A stretch of 64,000 bases of DNA from a bacterium. GTDB taxonomy: Bacteria; UBA8248. Below are positions 49,429-58,793 of this stretch, piece by piece. Below the pieces are notes generated by a model, which was not told the origin of the DNA, did no database searches, and saw only the letters and a list, made by a program, of their open reading frames with translations. The translations under genes and the position numbers were made by a program. The stretch covers positions 512,001-576,000 of the forward strand of contig OZ241875.1 in the NCBI GenBank assembly GCA_965203325.1, written 5' to 3'. The stretch's first letter is position 1. Every line of letters starts with the position of its first letter.

Positions 49429-49759
49429 TGTCGAGCCTCCTGCGGCGCGGCGCTTGCCGGGGACTTCTGGCGCTTTCGAGCGTCTTGCCCTCCTCGTCCC
49501 TGTCGGGGTCAGCCACCTCGCTCATCCCCTCCAGCAGGCCGAGCGCCCACAGCGCCCCCGCGTAGGCGGCCATCGACGCGCCCGGCTTGCCCTTCTCGAC
49601 GTCCGCGACCGTGAAGCGCGAAGCGCCGATGCGGTTCGCCACATCCTCGATGCGCAGCCTCCGGCGCAGGCGCGCCGTGCGGATGTTCCGCCCCAGACGC
49701 CGGATGGCGTCCTCGACGGCGGCCGGTGGCGTCCGTGTAATCCTGCCTTTATTCGCCAT
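49418..49759 (-). CDS. XRE-family HTH antitoxin (HipB-like)
   Basis: LGRNIRTARLRR...VEKG HTH; overlaps the hipA start; upstream TTGACG-N18-TATCAT (49840-49811). Confidence 0.85.
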   Translation of the reverse strand: MANKGRITRTPPAAVEDAIRRLGRNIRTARLRRRLRIEDVANRIGASRFTVADVEKGKPGASMAAYAGALWALGLLEGMSEVADPDRDEEGKTLESARSPRQAPRRRRLDNDF

Positions 49760-49984
49760 ATTGCAAATATCCATCATATAAGAGATATATGTTGGTTAAA
49801 ATCATCATAAATGATACGGGAATGGCGTTTCCCCCGTCAAGCGAAAAGGAGTTATGCGTTTCTTGGGAGAATTATATGGATTTCATAAACCGGCTAAATT
49901 CCATATAAACGCGCCAACTATTCCCTTGCTTAACCTATGGAAGTAAGGCATTATTATATTAAGTAAGGAATAGGAGGGTTCCGC

Positions 49985-50218
49985 ATGGTCGAATCCACGA
50001 TTACCTCGAAGGGCCAAACGACGCTGCCCAAGCCGGTACGCGAAGCCCTCGGCGTACGGCCGGGCGACCGCGTGCGCTATATCATCCTGGGCGATGAGGT
50101 GCGCATCATCCCGATGCGGCCCATCGCCCGGCTGTTCGGCATGCTCAAATACGAAGGCCCCCCGAAGACGCTCGAAGATATGGAGCGCGCTATCGCTGAG
50201 GGGGCGAGTGAGGAGTGA
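49985..50218 (+). CDS. AbrB/MazE/SpoVT family antitoxin
   Basis: STITSKGQTTLPKPVREALGVRPGD. Confidence 0.9.
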   Translation: MVESTITSKGQTTLPKPVREALGVRPGDRVRYIILGDEVRIIPMRPIARLFGMLKYEGPPKTLEDMERAIAEGASEE

Positions 50219-50622
50219 TCGCGCTCGACACGAACGCCCTCGTCCGATATCTGGTCGCGGATGATGCGTCCCAGACAGAAGCGGCCCAAGGTCTGATAGC
50301 AGGGCTGACTGCCGAGCGGCCCGGCTTTATTTGCCGCGAGGTGACTGTCGAACTCGTCTGGGTGCTGGAGCGAACCTATCGGTTTTCCCGAGAACGAATC
50401 GTAGAGGTGCTGGATGAACTCGTAGCTACCGAAGAACTCGAAATCGAGGCGGCGGACGACGTCGCCCGCGCCGCTTTCCATTACCGGCGCGGCGGGGCCG
50501 GTTTTTCCGACCTCATGATCGCAGCCGCCGCGAACCGAAGCGGCGCATCCTCACTCTACACCTTCGACAGACGAGCAGCGCAGATGGAGGGGGTGGAGTT
50601 GGTAGAGGTCCATGCCGGTTGA
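50215..50622 (+). CDS. vapC: VapC family PIN toxin
   Basis: ALDTNALVR, ELVWVL, FSDLMI, YTFD; GTGA overlap with the antitoxin. Confidence 0.9.
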   Translation: MIALDTNALVRYLVADDASQTEAAQGLIAGLTAERPGFICREVTVELVWVLERTYRFSRERIVEVLDELVATEELEIEAADDVARAAFHYRRGGAGFSDLMIAAAANRSGASSLYTFDRRAAQMEGVELVEVHAG

Positions 50623-50702
50623 GGGGGAAGGATTCCATTTTCTTATGTAGCAAAAACTTCATGAAGGGAAATACCGTTTCCTCCAATCACGATGAAATCT
50701 TG

Positions 50703-51542
50703 TCAGTCCAATTCCTTTTTCTTCGAATCGTAATGTTTAGTTGAAAACCACCTATTTCCTATTTCATCGAACTCTATATCAATTTTCGTGACGTGGCAGG
50801 GAACAGCAGTTATGGGCTCCGCGTCTTCGACGTTGAAAAGGGCAATGTTGTATCCCATCTCGCCAAATTGACTTCGATAGGCGATAGCGTCGTAGCCAGC
50901 GCCTCGAAAAAGCTCTGCGAGAATTTGCGTGGGCGCGTAATCTGCTGAGGCGTCAGAACGCCTCACCGGACGTGAAAACGCGTTGTCAATTTCGATCCAC
51001 ACTGCTTCCTCTTTTGTTTCGGCATCAATTGTTTTCGGATCGTCAATTTGCTTCAAAGTCAGGTGACCGATCCAAAATTTACCATGTCCTCGGGACAAAT
51101 CGAGTGCTTTCAGATCACGGAGAACCTTGAATTGAGCGACTGATATCTCCGATCCTATCCACGGCCTCACTTCGGAAATCGCCGTTTGTTCAGTCGTGGC
51201 AAGGTAAAGTACAGGAAGACCTGCCGGATTAGCCCGCCCTTCCTTGGCGCGGTCTTCAAGCGGCTTCATTCGTTCTGCGCCGAACGCATATGGTCCTGTA
51301 GGCCATTCATTGCCGTTCTCGTCTACATCTTCCCTGTATTCAACATCTTGCTGAGCGCGGAAAAACACGGTGCCTTTGGAAATAGGCTCATCGCGATCCT
51401 TCAGAGTCTCGCGAACCGTATCCAGGAACGCCTCGACTTCTTTTCCCCAAACAAATCGCCGGCCACGACGAACTCGCTTGGCGAACTTCCCGTAGCTCAC
51501 AACAGAGACAAACTCGGGCTTCGTTGGATCATCTAAATCCAT
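50703..51542 (-). CDS. RES domain protein
   Basis: FFRAQ, GRANPAG, LYLAT..TAISEVRP, YAPTQ, AYRS, NIALF; lower GC. Confidence 0.85.
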   Translation of the reverse strand: MDLDDPTKPEFVSVVSYGKFAKRVRRGRRFVWGKEVEAFLDTVRETLKDRDEPISKGTVFFRAQQDVEYREDVDENGNEWPTGPYAFGAERMKPLEDRAKEGRANPAGLPVLYLATTEQTAISEVRPWIGSEISVAQFKVLRDLKALDLSRGHGKFWIGHLTLKQIDDPKTIDAETKEEAVWIEIDNAFSRPVRRSDASADYAPTQILAELFRGAGYDAIAYRSQFGEMGYNIALFNVEDAEPITAVPCHVTKIDIEFDEIGNRWFSTKHYDSKKKELD

Positions 51543-51605
51543 AACGAAACTCTAAATGGAAAATATGGAAAGAATTAAAAATGGTCTATGAGAGCTACTA
51601 CCCCC

Positions 51606-52235
51606 CTACCTCCTCATCTCCCGCGTTTCGATCTCCCCGCCCTCTTCCTTCTCACCACCCGTCATGCCCTGGAGCTTCTCCTTCCCCGCGCCGACGCCCT
51701 CTTTGGCCGAGTCGAGCTTGTCGCCGAATTTCTCCTTGGCGGCGTTCAGGCCTTCCTCGATATCCGCCTTGTCGAACCCCTCGATGTAGGCGCTCACCCC
51801 CCGCACATACGGGAGGAGCCTGTCCCCGCCGCCCGCAGGCAAAAAGCCGGACACATGGCTCCCGAAGACCGCCAGCCCCAGGGCGAAGAAGAACACGCCC
51901 TTGGCGCACCCGATGAGGCCGCCGCCGAGCCTGGAGAACAGCCCGGGCGTGGCGATCGACAAGACGCCGAACATCATGCGGAAGAACCAGGCGGCGAGCA
52001 CCCATACGCCCAGGAAGAGAATCGGCTTGACGAGCGAATCGAGTCGGTCGCCCTCGCCCAGGAGATAGGCGAGGTAGGAGCGCGTGAGGTCGGTGAACTG
52101 CATGGTGACGAGAACCGCGATTCCGAGCGCGACCACGGAAAAAGTCTCGCGGAAAAAACCACGCACGCAGCCGCGGATGAGGAACGCGCCGACGAATACG
52201 GCGATGACGATATCGGGAAACGTGAAGGAAATCAT
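51606..52235 (-). CDS. cvpA: CvpA family protein
   Basis: RGCVRGFFRE and RLGGGLIGCAKG motifs, four TM segments. Confidence 0.8.
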   Translation of the reverse strand: MISFTFPDIVIAVFVGAFLIRGCVRGFFRETFSVVALGIAVLVTMQFTDLTRSYLAYLLGEGDRLDSLVKPILFLGVWVLAAWFFRMMFGVLSIATPGLFSRLGGGLIGCAKGVFFFALGLAVFGSHVSGFLPAGGGDRLLPYVRGVSAYIEGFDKADIEEGLNAAKEKFGDKLDSAKEGVGAGKEKLQGMTGGEKEEGGEIETREMRR

Positions 52236-52339
52236 ATAAATTTTGAGTCTCTACGGACGGAAACTGTACGGCCTCGTGATAGAGCGGGCATAATCTAGCA
52301 AATAACAATGGGATTGTCACTAGATATTTAAGCGCCGGT

Positions 52340-52792
52340 TCAAATTTTTTCCTTCCACATCACGAGGGCGTCTTCGCGGTTGTCGGGGTAATAGCGCGGA
52401 CGCATGGCCGCCGCCGTGAACCCCCACTTCTCATACAAGGCGATGGCGGCGGCGTTGCCGAGGCGCACCTCCAAGGTGGCGCGGAGGAGGCCCCTGCCCT
52501 TCGCGTCCTCGAGAACCCTCCCCAGCAGAACGTCCGCCACCCCCCTTCGCCTGTGGGCGGGCGCGACGGCGAAATTCGTGATGTGGCACTCATCCGCCAC
52601 CTCCCACCAGCAGGCGTAGCCCATGACGCCGGCCCGAGCCTCCTCATCCTCCGCCACGACCAGGAGGTGGGAGTTGTCGATCTCGCAAATCTCGCGGATA
52701 AAACTCTCCCGCGACCACGGAAGCGGAAAGGAGAGGCGTTCGATGGCGAGCACCTGATCGACGTCTTCTACTCTCATGGGCCTCGTCTTCAC
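52340..52792 (-). CDS. rimI: Ribosomal protein S18 alanine N-acetyltransferase
   Basis: SFPLPWS, HITNFAV, RRRG, LEVRLGN, RPRYY..EDALVM; GTG start with GGAG RBS. Confidence 0.9.
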   Translation of the reverse strand: MKTRPMRVEDVDQVLAIERLSFPLPWSRESFIREICEIDNSHLLVVAEDEEARAGVMGYACWWEVADECHITNFAVAPAHRRRGVADVLLGRVLEDAKGRGLLRATLEVRLGNAAAIALYEKWGFTAAAMRPRYYPDNREDALVMWKEKI

Positions 52793-52981
52793 GGCTCCCC
52801 TCACCTCGCGTTCAGCCGGAAACGGCGAATGAAGCGAAATCCCCTGAAACTCTTTCGCCCCGGAGTTTTCGGGACTATAATGCGCCGACCGGACTTCAGA
52901 ACATTTGAACACAAACCGATGCCGCAAACGTAGCGCGTTTGCGGTCGAGCGAAAACCCGAAAACTGATACGGAGGACCATC

Positions 52982-53692
52982 ATGGGCGCAACTCTTACTT
53001 ATCTGGGACATTCCACTTTCGTCGGTCAGTCAGGCGGGGGCAAGACCTTCTACATCGACCCCTGGCTCGAGGGGAACCCGCGCTGCCCGGAAGGCCACAC
53101 CAGCCCGCAGAAAGCGGATCTGATCGCCTTGACCCACGGCCACTTCGACCACATCGCCGCCGTCATGGACGTCTACGGCCTTGGCGGATGCCCGGTGGCG
53201 GGGCCCTATGAACTGGTGAACCTGATCGCCCAGAACGAGGGCTTCGCGGAAGAGCACGCGGGCGCGATGGGCAAGGGCGGCACGGTGGATTTCGGCGGGG
53301 TCGGCGTAACGCTCACCCACGCCATGCACAGCTCCAGCTACAACGACCCGGGCGTCTACGCGGGCGAACCCGCCGGCCTCGTCATGACCTTCGAGGACGG
53401 AAAGCGCGTCTACCACGCGGGAGATACCGCCGTTTTCGGCGACATGAAGATCATCGGCGAGTTGTATCAGCCCGATCTCTGCCTCCTCCCCATCGGCAGC
53501 CGGTTCACGATGGACCCGCGCGAGGCGGCCCTCGCCGTCGAGCTTCTGGGCGCACAGCGTGTCGTGCCCATCCACCACTCGACCTTCCCGCCGCTCACGG
53601 GCACGCCCGAGCAGTTCGCGGAAGAAGTGGCGGCGCGCGGGCTCTCGCCCGAAATCACCGTGATGGAGCCGGGCGATTCCATCAGCGTGTAG
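52982..53692 (+). CDS. Metal-dependent hydrolase (UPF0173-like MBL fold)
   Basis: YLGHS, IDPW, THGHFDH, YHAGDT, PIG..FTM, PIH. Confidence 0.9.
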   Translation: MGATLTYLGHSTFVGQSGGGKTFYIDPWLEGNPRCPEGHTSPQKADLIALTHGHFDHIAAVMDVYGLGGCPVAGPYELVNLIAQNEGFAEEHAGAMGKGGTVDFGGVGVTLTHAMHSSSYNDPGVYAGEPAGLVMTFEDGKRVYHAGDTAVFGDMKIIGELYQPDLCLLPIGSRFTMDPREAALAVELLGAQRVVPIHHSTFPPLTGTPEQFAEEVAARGLSPEITVMEPGDSISV

Positions 53693-53875
53693 GCACGGGG
53701 GAATGCTCGACCCTTGAGGGGTTGTTGAGAAAGGCCCCTTTTCAGGGGGTAGAGGGGACGCCCCTCTCGACTGAAAAAGCAACCCCCCCTACCCCCCCTT
53801 AACAGGGGGGTAAAGGCGATGCCCTCCCGACGAGGGGGTTATTGAAAAGCCCCCCTAACAAGGGGGTATGAAAAG

Positions 53876-55262
53876 GAGTTACGCTCAAAACTTGTGTATG
53901 GGCTGAATTGAAGAAGGCGGCGCATCCTGCTGAAATAGGGTTTGCCAAATAGCCCGGTCATTCAGCACAAGGAGATGCGCCACCATGAGAGAAGATACGA
54001 CGATTCCCATGAAGAATCCAGCCCTACGGGACGAGTTGAGCGAACTGTTGCGCGCGGGCGCGCGACGAATCATCCGCCAGGCGGTGGAAGCGGAGTTGGC
54101 GGCGTTTCTCGAAGAATATGCGGGCGATCGTGACGCGCAGGGCCGCCGCGCGGTGGTTCGCAACGGGTATCTGCCGTCGCGGGAGGTGTTGACGGGAGTG
54201 GGTCCGGTGCGTGTCCAGGTGCCCCGGACGCGGGACAGGTCGGGGTCGGGGCGGCGTTTCCGCTCGGAGTTGCTGCCGCCGTATCTGCGCAAGACGCGGC
54301 GCGTGGAAGCGGTGATACCGTGGCTGTACCTGAAGGGGGTATCGACGAACGACTTCGGCGAGGCGCTCACGGCGCTGTTCGGCGAGTCGGTGGGGGGCTT
54401 GTCCCCGGCGAGCGTCTCGCGGCTCAAGGAGGGCTGGGAGCGCGAGTACGCGCAGTGGCGCGAGCGGGCGTGGCACGGGGAGGAGTTCGCGTATCTGTGG
54501 GCGGACGGCATCTACGTGAACGTTCGCAGCGGGGAGCGGCGCTGCCTTCTGGTGGTCGTGGGCTGCGACGCGCGAGGCCGCAAGCGCTTCCTGGCCCTGG
54601 AGGCGGGGTTCCGTGAATCGAAGGAGAGCTGGAAGGCGGTTTTGTTGCGCCTGCGGGAGCGGGGCGTGAAGGCGGCGAAGCTCGCCGTGGGCGACGGGGG
54701 GCTGGGGTTGTGGTCGGCGCTGGCCGAGGTGTACCCCGGGACCCGGGCGCAGCGCTGCTGGGTGCACAAGACGGCGAACGTTCTCGACAAGCTGCCCAAG
54801 AGCGCTCAGGTCGAAGCGAGGCCGATGCTGTATGAGATGTGGAGGGCGGAGACCCGCGCGCATGCGGAGAAGGCGTTCGAACGCTTTCTCGCCACCTGGG
54901 AGGCGAAGTATCCCAAGGCCGCCGCGTGCCTGTCGAGGGACCGCGAGGAGTTGTTCGCCTTCTACGACTTCCCGGCGGCGCACTGGCGGAGCATTCGGAC
55001 GACGAACCCGATCGAGTCGACCTTCGCCACGATCCGGCTGCGAACGGCGAAGACGAGGAACTGCCTGAGCGAGAAGACGGCGCTGAGCCTGATTCACCAA
55101 CTCGCCATGAGCGCCGAGAAGCGATGGGGGCGGCTGGGCGGCTTGCGCCAGCTGGCCGACGTGATCACCGACGTGAGGTTCATCGATGGGATGAACGAAA
55201 AACAAACCGGCAGGGAGGCCGCTGAACTCAAGACGGCCATACACAACATTTGACAGTAACTC
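53876..55262 (+). mobile_element. IS256-family insertion sequence, copy 2 (1387 bp, 9-bp TSD TATGAAAAG)
   Basis: Same ends and identical transposase translation as copy 1; TSD 53867-53875 and 55263-55271. Confidence 0.96.
53985..55253 (+). CDS. IS256 family transposase
   Basis: 422 aa, identical to 45222-46490. Confidence 0.96.
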   Translation: MREDTTIPMKNPALRDELSELLRAGARRIIRQAVEAELAAFLEEYAGDRDAQGRRAVVRNGYLPSREVLTGVGPVRVQVPRTRDRSGSGRRFRSELLPPYLRKTRRVEAVIPWLYLKGVSTNDFGEALTALFGESVGGLSPASVSRLKEGWEREYAQWRERAWHGEEFAYLWADGIYVNVRSGERRCLLVVVGCDARGRKRFLALEAGFRESKESWKAVLLRLRERGVKAAKLAVGDGGLGLWSALAEVYPGTRAQRCWVHKTANVLDKLPKSAQVEARPMLYEMWRAETRAHAEKAFERFLATWEAKYPKAAACLSRDREELFAFYDFPAAHWRSIRTTNPIESTFATIRLRTAKTRNCLSEKTALSLIHQLAMSAEKRWGRLGGLRQLADVITDVRFIDGMNEKQTGREAAELKTAIHNI

Positions 55263-55510
55263 TATGAAAAGGCGACACCCGCCGCCGATAAAGGGGCTTT
55301 TGTTTTTTCTTGCCCCCCTGTTAAGGGGGGGTAGGGGGGGGTGCCTTTATCCCCTGACAGGGGGACTTTTTCATTGACCCTCAAAGAGGAAAGAAAAACC
55401 CAGGCGGAAAAAAGAAATCTCCAACTGAAATATATGATTCCCAATCGCACGCGCCGAAAAAACGGAAAAACAGGAATTCGCTATCAAACGCCAAATGAAA
55501 GGAACCACGC

Positions 55511-57280
55511 ATGAGTGAGGCCCCCCAAGTCAACACGAGAACTGAAGACCGCGACGGCATGCGGATCACCTGGCACCAGCCCATCGAGATGGACGACGGA
55601 CTCGTGCTTCGCGCCGACGTGTTCCGGCCCACCCAAGAGGGGAAATACCCCGTCATCCTGACCTACGGCATCTACGCCAAGGGGGTGGCCTACCAGGAGG
55701 GCTACCACCACCAGTGGAACAAGATGGTGGCGGACTATCCCGAAATTCTCGCAATGTCCACCAACAAGTACCAGAACTGGGAGGTGACGGACCCCGAGTG
55801 CTGGATTCCGCACGGCTACGTCTGCATCCGCGTGGACTCGCGCGGGGCGGGCTGGTCGCCCGGCTTCATGGCGCCCAACTCGCCTCGGGAGATCGACGAC
55901 CTCTACGAGTGCATCGAGTGGGCGGGCGCGCAGGAGTGGAGCAACGGGAAGGTGGGGATGCTGGGCATCTCCTACTATGCGCGCAACCAGTGGCGCATCG
56001 CGGGCCGAAAACCCCCGCACCTGACCGCCATCATCCCCTGGGAGGGCGGGAACGACACCTACCGCGATTCGGGCTATCACGGGGGAATTTTAAGCCAGTT
56101 CCAAGAGCAGTGGTCGAAAGTCCAGGTGATGAACGTCCAGTACGGACGCGGCGAGAACGCGCGGAAACACCCCGTGACGGGAGAGTCCGTCGCGGGCCCC
56201 ATCACCCTCACGGAAGATGAACTCGCGGCGAACCGCGTCAACGCCTTCGAGGAACTCAAAAAACACCCATTCGACGGCCCGTGGCACCGGGAGCGCTCCG
56301 CCGACCTCTCGAAAGTCACCCTCCCGCTCCTCACCTGCGCCAACTGGGGCGGACAGGGCATCCATCCGCGCGGGAATTTCAACGGCTACATCGAATCGCC
56401 CTCAGAACAAAAATGGCTGGAAGCCCACGGCGATTCGCACTGGTCGCTCTTCTCCAGCGCCTACGGGCTGGACCTCCAGAAGCGCTTTTTCGACCATTTC
56501 CTGAAAGGAATCGACAACGGCTGGGAGAAGACCCCGCCGGTTGCGCTCAACGTCCGCCACCCCGGTCCCAAGTTCGTCCACCGCTACGAGAACGAATGGC
56601 CCCTGGCGCGCACGCAGTGGACGAAGTTCTATCTCGATCTGGAGAACAAGGCGCTCGCGAGAGAACCCGTCGCAGGGGAGGCGAGCCTCGAATACGCGGG
56701 GCTGGGAGACGGCGTGACGTTCTGGATGCCGCCGATGGAAGAGGCAACCGAGATCACGGGGCCGATGGCGGCGAAGCTGTTCGTCTCCTCATCCACCGAG
56801 GATGCGGACCTCTTCCTCATCGTCCGCGTGTTCGACCCCGAGGGGAAAGAACTCACCTTCATGGGCTCCACCGACCCGCACACGCCGATTGCGAACGGCT
56901 GGCTGCGCGTCTCGCACCGCGCGCTCGACCCGGAGAAGAGCACCTTCTATCGCCCGTATCATCCCCACGATAAGGCGGAGAAGCTCACGCCCGGCGATGT
57001 GTATGAGTGCGACGTGGAGATCGTCACCTCGTGCATCGTCGTGCCCGCCGGCTGGCAGGTGGCGTTCACCGTTCGCGGGAAGGACTATGAATACACGGGC
57101 GAGCTCAGCGAGTTCGGCAAGCAGTTCCACTATTCCACGAAAGGCACGGGCGGCATGACGCACAACGACCCCGACGACAGGCCGCCTGCGGTCTTCGACA
57201 ACAAGGTGACCCTGCACGCCGGCGGCGGGCGGGATCCCTATCTCCTCCTGCCCATCATTCCGCCGAAGGAGGGAGAGTAA
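55511..57280 (+). CDS. CocE/NonD family hydrolase
   Basis: LRADVFRP, DSRGAGWSPG, WSNGKVGMLGISY, GWLRVSHR. Confidence 0.92.
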   Translation: MSEAPQVNTRTEDRDGMRITWHQPIEMDDGLVLRADVFRPTQEGKYPVILTYGIYAKGVAYQEGYHHQWNKMVADYPEILAMSTNKYQNWEVTDPECWIPHGYVCIRVDSRGAGWSPGFMAPNSPREIDDLYECIEWAGAQEWSNGKVGMLGISYYARNQWRIAGRKPPHLTAIIPWEGGNDTYRDSGYHGGILSQFQEQWSKVQVMNVQYGRGENARKHPVTGESVAGPITLTEDELAANRVNAFEELKKHPFDGPWHRERSADLSKVTLPLLTCANWGGQGIHPRGNFNGYIESPSEQKWLEAHGDSHWSLFSSAYGLDLQKRFFDHFLKGIDNGWEKTPPVALNVRHPGPKFVHRYENEWPLARTQWTKFYLDLENKALAREPVAGEASLEYAGLGDGVTFWMPPMEEATEITGPMAAKLFVSSSTEDADLFLIVRVFDPEGKELTFMGSTDPHTPIANGWLRVSHRALDPEKSTFYRPYHPHDKAEKLTPGDVYECDVEIVTSCIVVPAGWQVAFTVRGKDYEYTGELSEFGKQFHYSTKGTGGMTHNDPDDRPPAVFDNKVTLHAGGGRDPYLLLPIIPPKEGE

Positions 57281-57443
57281 AGCGAGACGACTTCATTTTT
57301 CAGACGTGGCAAAAGGAGCATCCAAACGCGAAGTAACACTAAAAAACGGTCTATTGACCGCTGCCGCCTGAATTGCGATATTTTGTCTTGATCCCCGCTT
57401 GCGCGGGCGCGAGGACGACTTCAAGGACCCAGGGAGGATCCAG

Positions 57444-57842
57444 ATGAAAGACACATGGATCGGGTTTTTGGGCGTCGTGCTGACTATTGTCGCAGCCTAC
57501 ACTTTGCTTTCCAGCGAAATGGGGGACATTCGCGAGAAAATTGGAAGGATGGATAATGAAATAGGTAACATGCGCGGGGATATAGGAAAAATCGACGGGA
57601 GACTCGTAAGAATCGAAGACCGTATGGGAAAAATGGAATATCGCATGACGGGACTCGAGAACCGAATGGTGAAAGTCGAGAATCGCTTGGTGAAGGTCGA
57701 GAATCGCTTGGTGAAAGTCGAGAATCGCATCGGCAAGCTGGAGAACCGCACAGCGAGAGTCGAGAAATGGGTGGGCCTCACGGCGCGCGGCCTCAATCTC
57801 CTTCCGCAAGACGAAAAATCGACTCAGAAGCCGCTCCCTTAA
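57444..57842 (+). CDS. Membrane-anchored heptad-repeat coiled-coil protein
   Basis: GGAGG RBS; N-terminal TM helix; (V/M)xx(V/L)ENR heptads. Confidence 0.75.
   Translation: MKDTWIGFLGVVLTIVAAYTLLSSEMGDIREKIGRMDNEIGNMRGDIGKIDGRLVRIEDRMGKMEYRMTGLENRMVKVENRLVKVENRLVKVENRIGKLENRTARVEKWVGLTARGLNLLPQDEKSTQKPLP
57668..57730 (+). repeat. In-frame 21-bp tandem repeat x3
   Basis: GGTGAA(A/G)GTCGAGAATCGC(T/A)T three times, encoding VKVENR(L/I). Confidence 0.9.
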
Positions 57843-57978
57843 GGGGCTGTTGAGAAGGTTATTCTCGGTCGGAATGACGGTGCGTAATCTCGATTGTAGG
57901 GGTCGTTCGCGAACGACCCTTGCCGGAGGAACGGGCGCTTCACGAAGCGCCCCTACGGGGCTTTTTCAACGACCCCTC
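57836..57978. repeat. MITE-like element enclosing a GTAG-REP inverted doublet
   Basis: GGGGCTGTTGAGAA ... CTTTTTCAACGACCC; GTAGGGGTCGTTCGCGAACGACCC and GGGCGCTTCACGAAGCGCCCCTAC. Confidence 0.8.
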
Positions 57979-58000
57979 CGGGAAGGGGGAAACATCAACA

Positions 58001-58774
58001 TCACCCCGCGGCGCCGCGGCCGCCGTCCACGACGATGTGCTGTCCGGTGAGGTAATCGGAAGCCGAGGAGCACAGGAAGAGCGCCGCTCCCGTCAGATCC
58101 TCAGGCGCCCCCGCGCGTCCGGCAGGCGTTCGCGCATGGACTTCCGCCATCTTTTCGGGATTGGCGAACAACCCCCCCGTCATCGGTGTTTTGGTGAGTT
58201 GCGGCCCCAGGGCGTTCACCTGGATATTATGCGGCGCCCATTCGAGCGCCAGCGCGCGCGTCAGGGAGACCACAGCGCCCTTGGTGGCGACGTAGACGGC
58301 CTGGTTGGGGACGGCGCGCTCGGCCACCATCGAAGTGAGCAAAACGATCTTCCCGCCGCTTCCCTGATCGACCATCGCTCTCGCGGCTTCCTGAGCGCAG
58401 AGAAAAGCGCCGCGCACGTTCGAGGCCAGGAGCGCGTCCACGTCTTCGGGCGCGTGGTCGAGCGCGGGCTTCACGATGTTGATCGCGGCGCTGTTCACGA
58501 GGACGTTCAGCCCTCCGTGGCTGGAAACCACCTCCCCTGCCATCGAGGAAACCGAGGCTGCGTCCCCCACGTCGCAGGAGAGAAACTGCGCATCGAGACC
58601 ATCGGCCCGGAAGGCTTCGAGCGCCTCCTCACCCCGCTCCTTCGAGCGACCGGCGATGACGACCTTGGCACCCGCGTCCGCCAGCGCTTTTCCGATTGCC
58701 AGGCCGATGCCCGAGGTGCCGCCCGTAACGATAGCCACGCGGCCGTCCATCCTGAATTGTTTTATCATCGCCAC
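58001..58774 (-). CDS. SDR oxidoreductase
   Basis: TGGTSGIG, NSAA, YVATK, VDGG. Confidence 0.9.
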   Translation of the reverse strand: MAMIKQFRMDGRVAIVTGGTSGIGLAIGKALADAGAKVVIAGRSKERGEEALEAFRADGLDAQFLSCDVGDAASVSSMAGEVVSSHGGLNVLVNSAAINIVKPALDHAPEDVDALLASNVRGAFLCAQEAARAMVDQGSGGKIVLLTSMVAERAVPNQAVYVATKGAVVSLTRALALEWAPHNIQVNALGPQLTKTPMTGGLFANPEKMAEVHARTPAGRAGAPEDLTGAALFLCSSASDYLTGQHIVVDGGRGAAG

Positions 58775-58793
58775 ACCTCCGAAAGGCTGCTAC

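Larger units (their letters stand above)
53712..55380. repeat. Palindromic mosaic element (family A, A1 core) split by IS256 copy 2
   Basis: Removing the IS and one TSD rejoins GGGGGTATGAAAAG|GCGACACC...GGGGCTTTTGTTTTTTCTTGCCCCCC, matching 5648-5710. Confidence 0.85.

Noticed and set aside
45113..55262. Composite transposon formed by the two IS256 copies
   Set aside because: Each copy has its own distinct 9-bp TSD on both sides, so they are independent insertions; the enclosed DNA includes housekeeping genes (cvpA, rimI).
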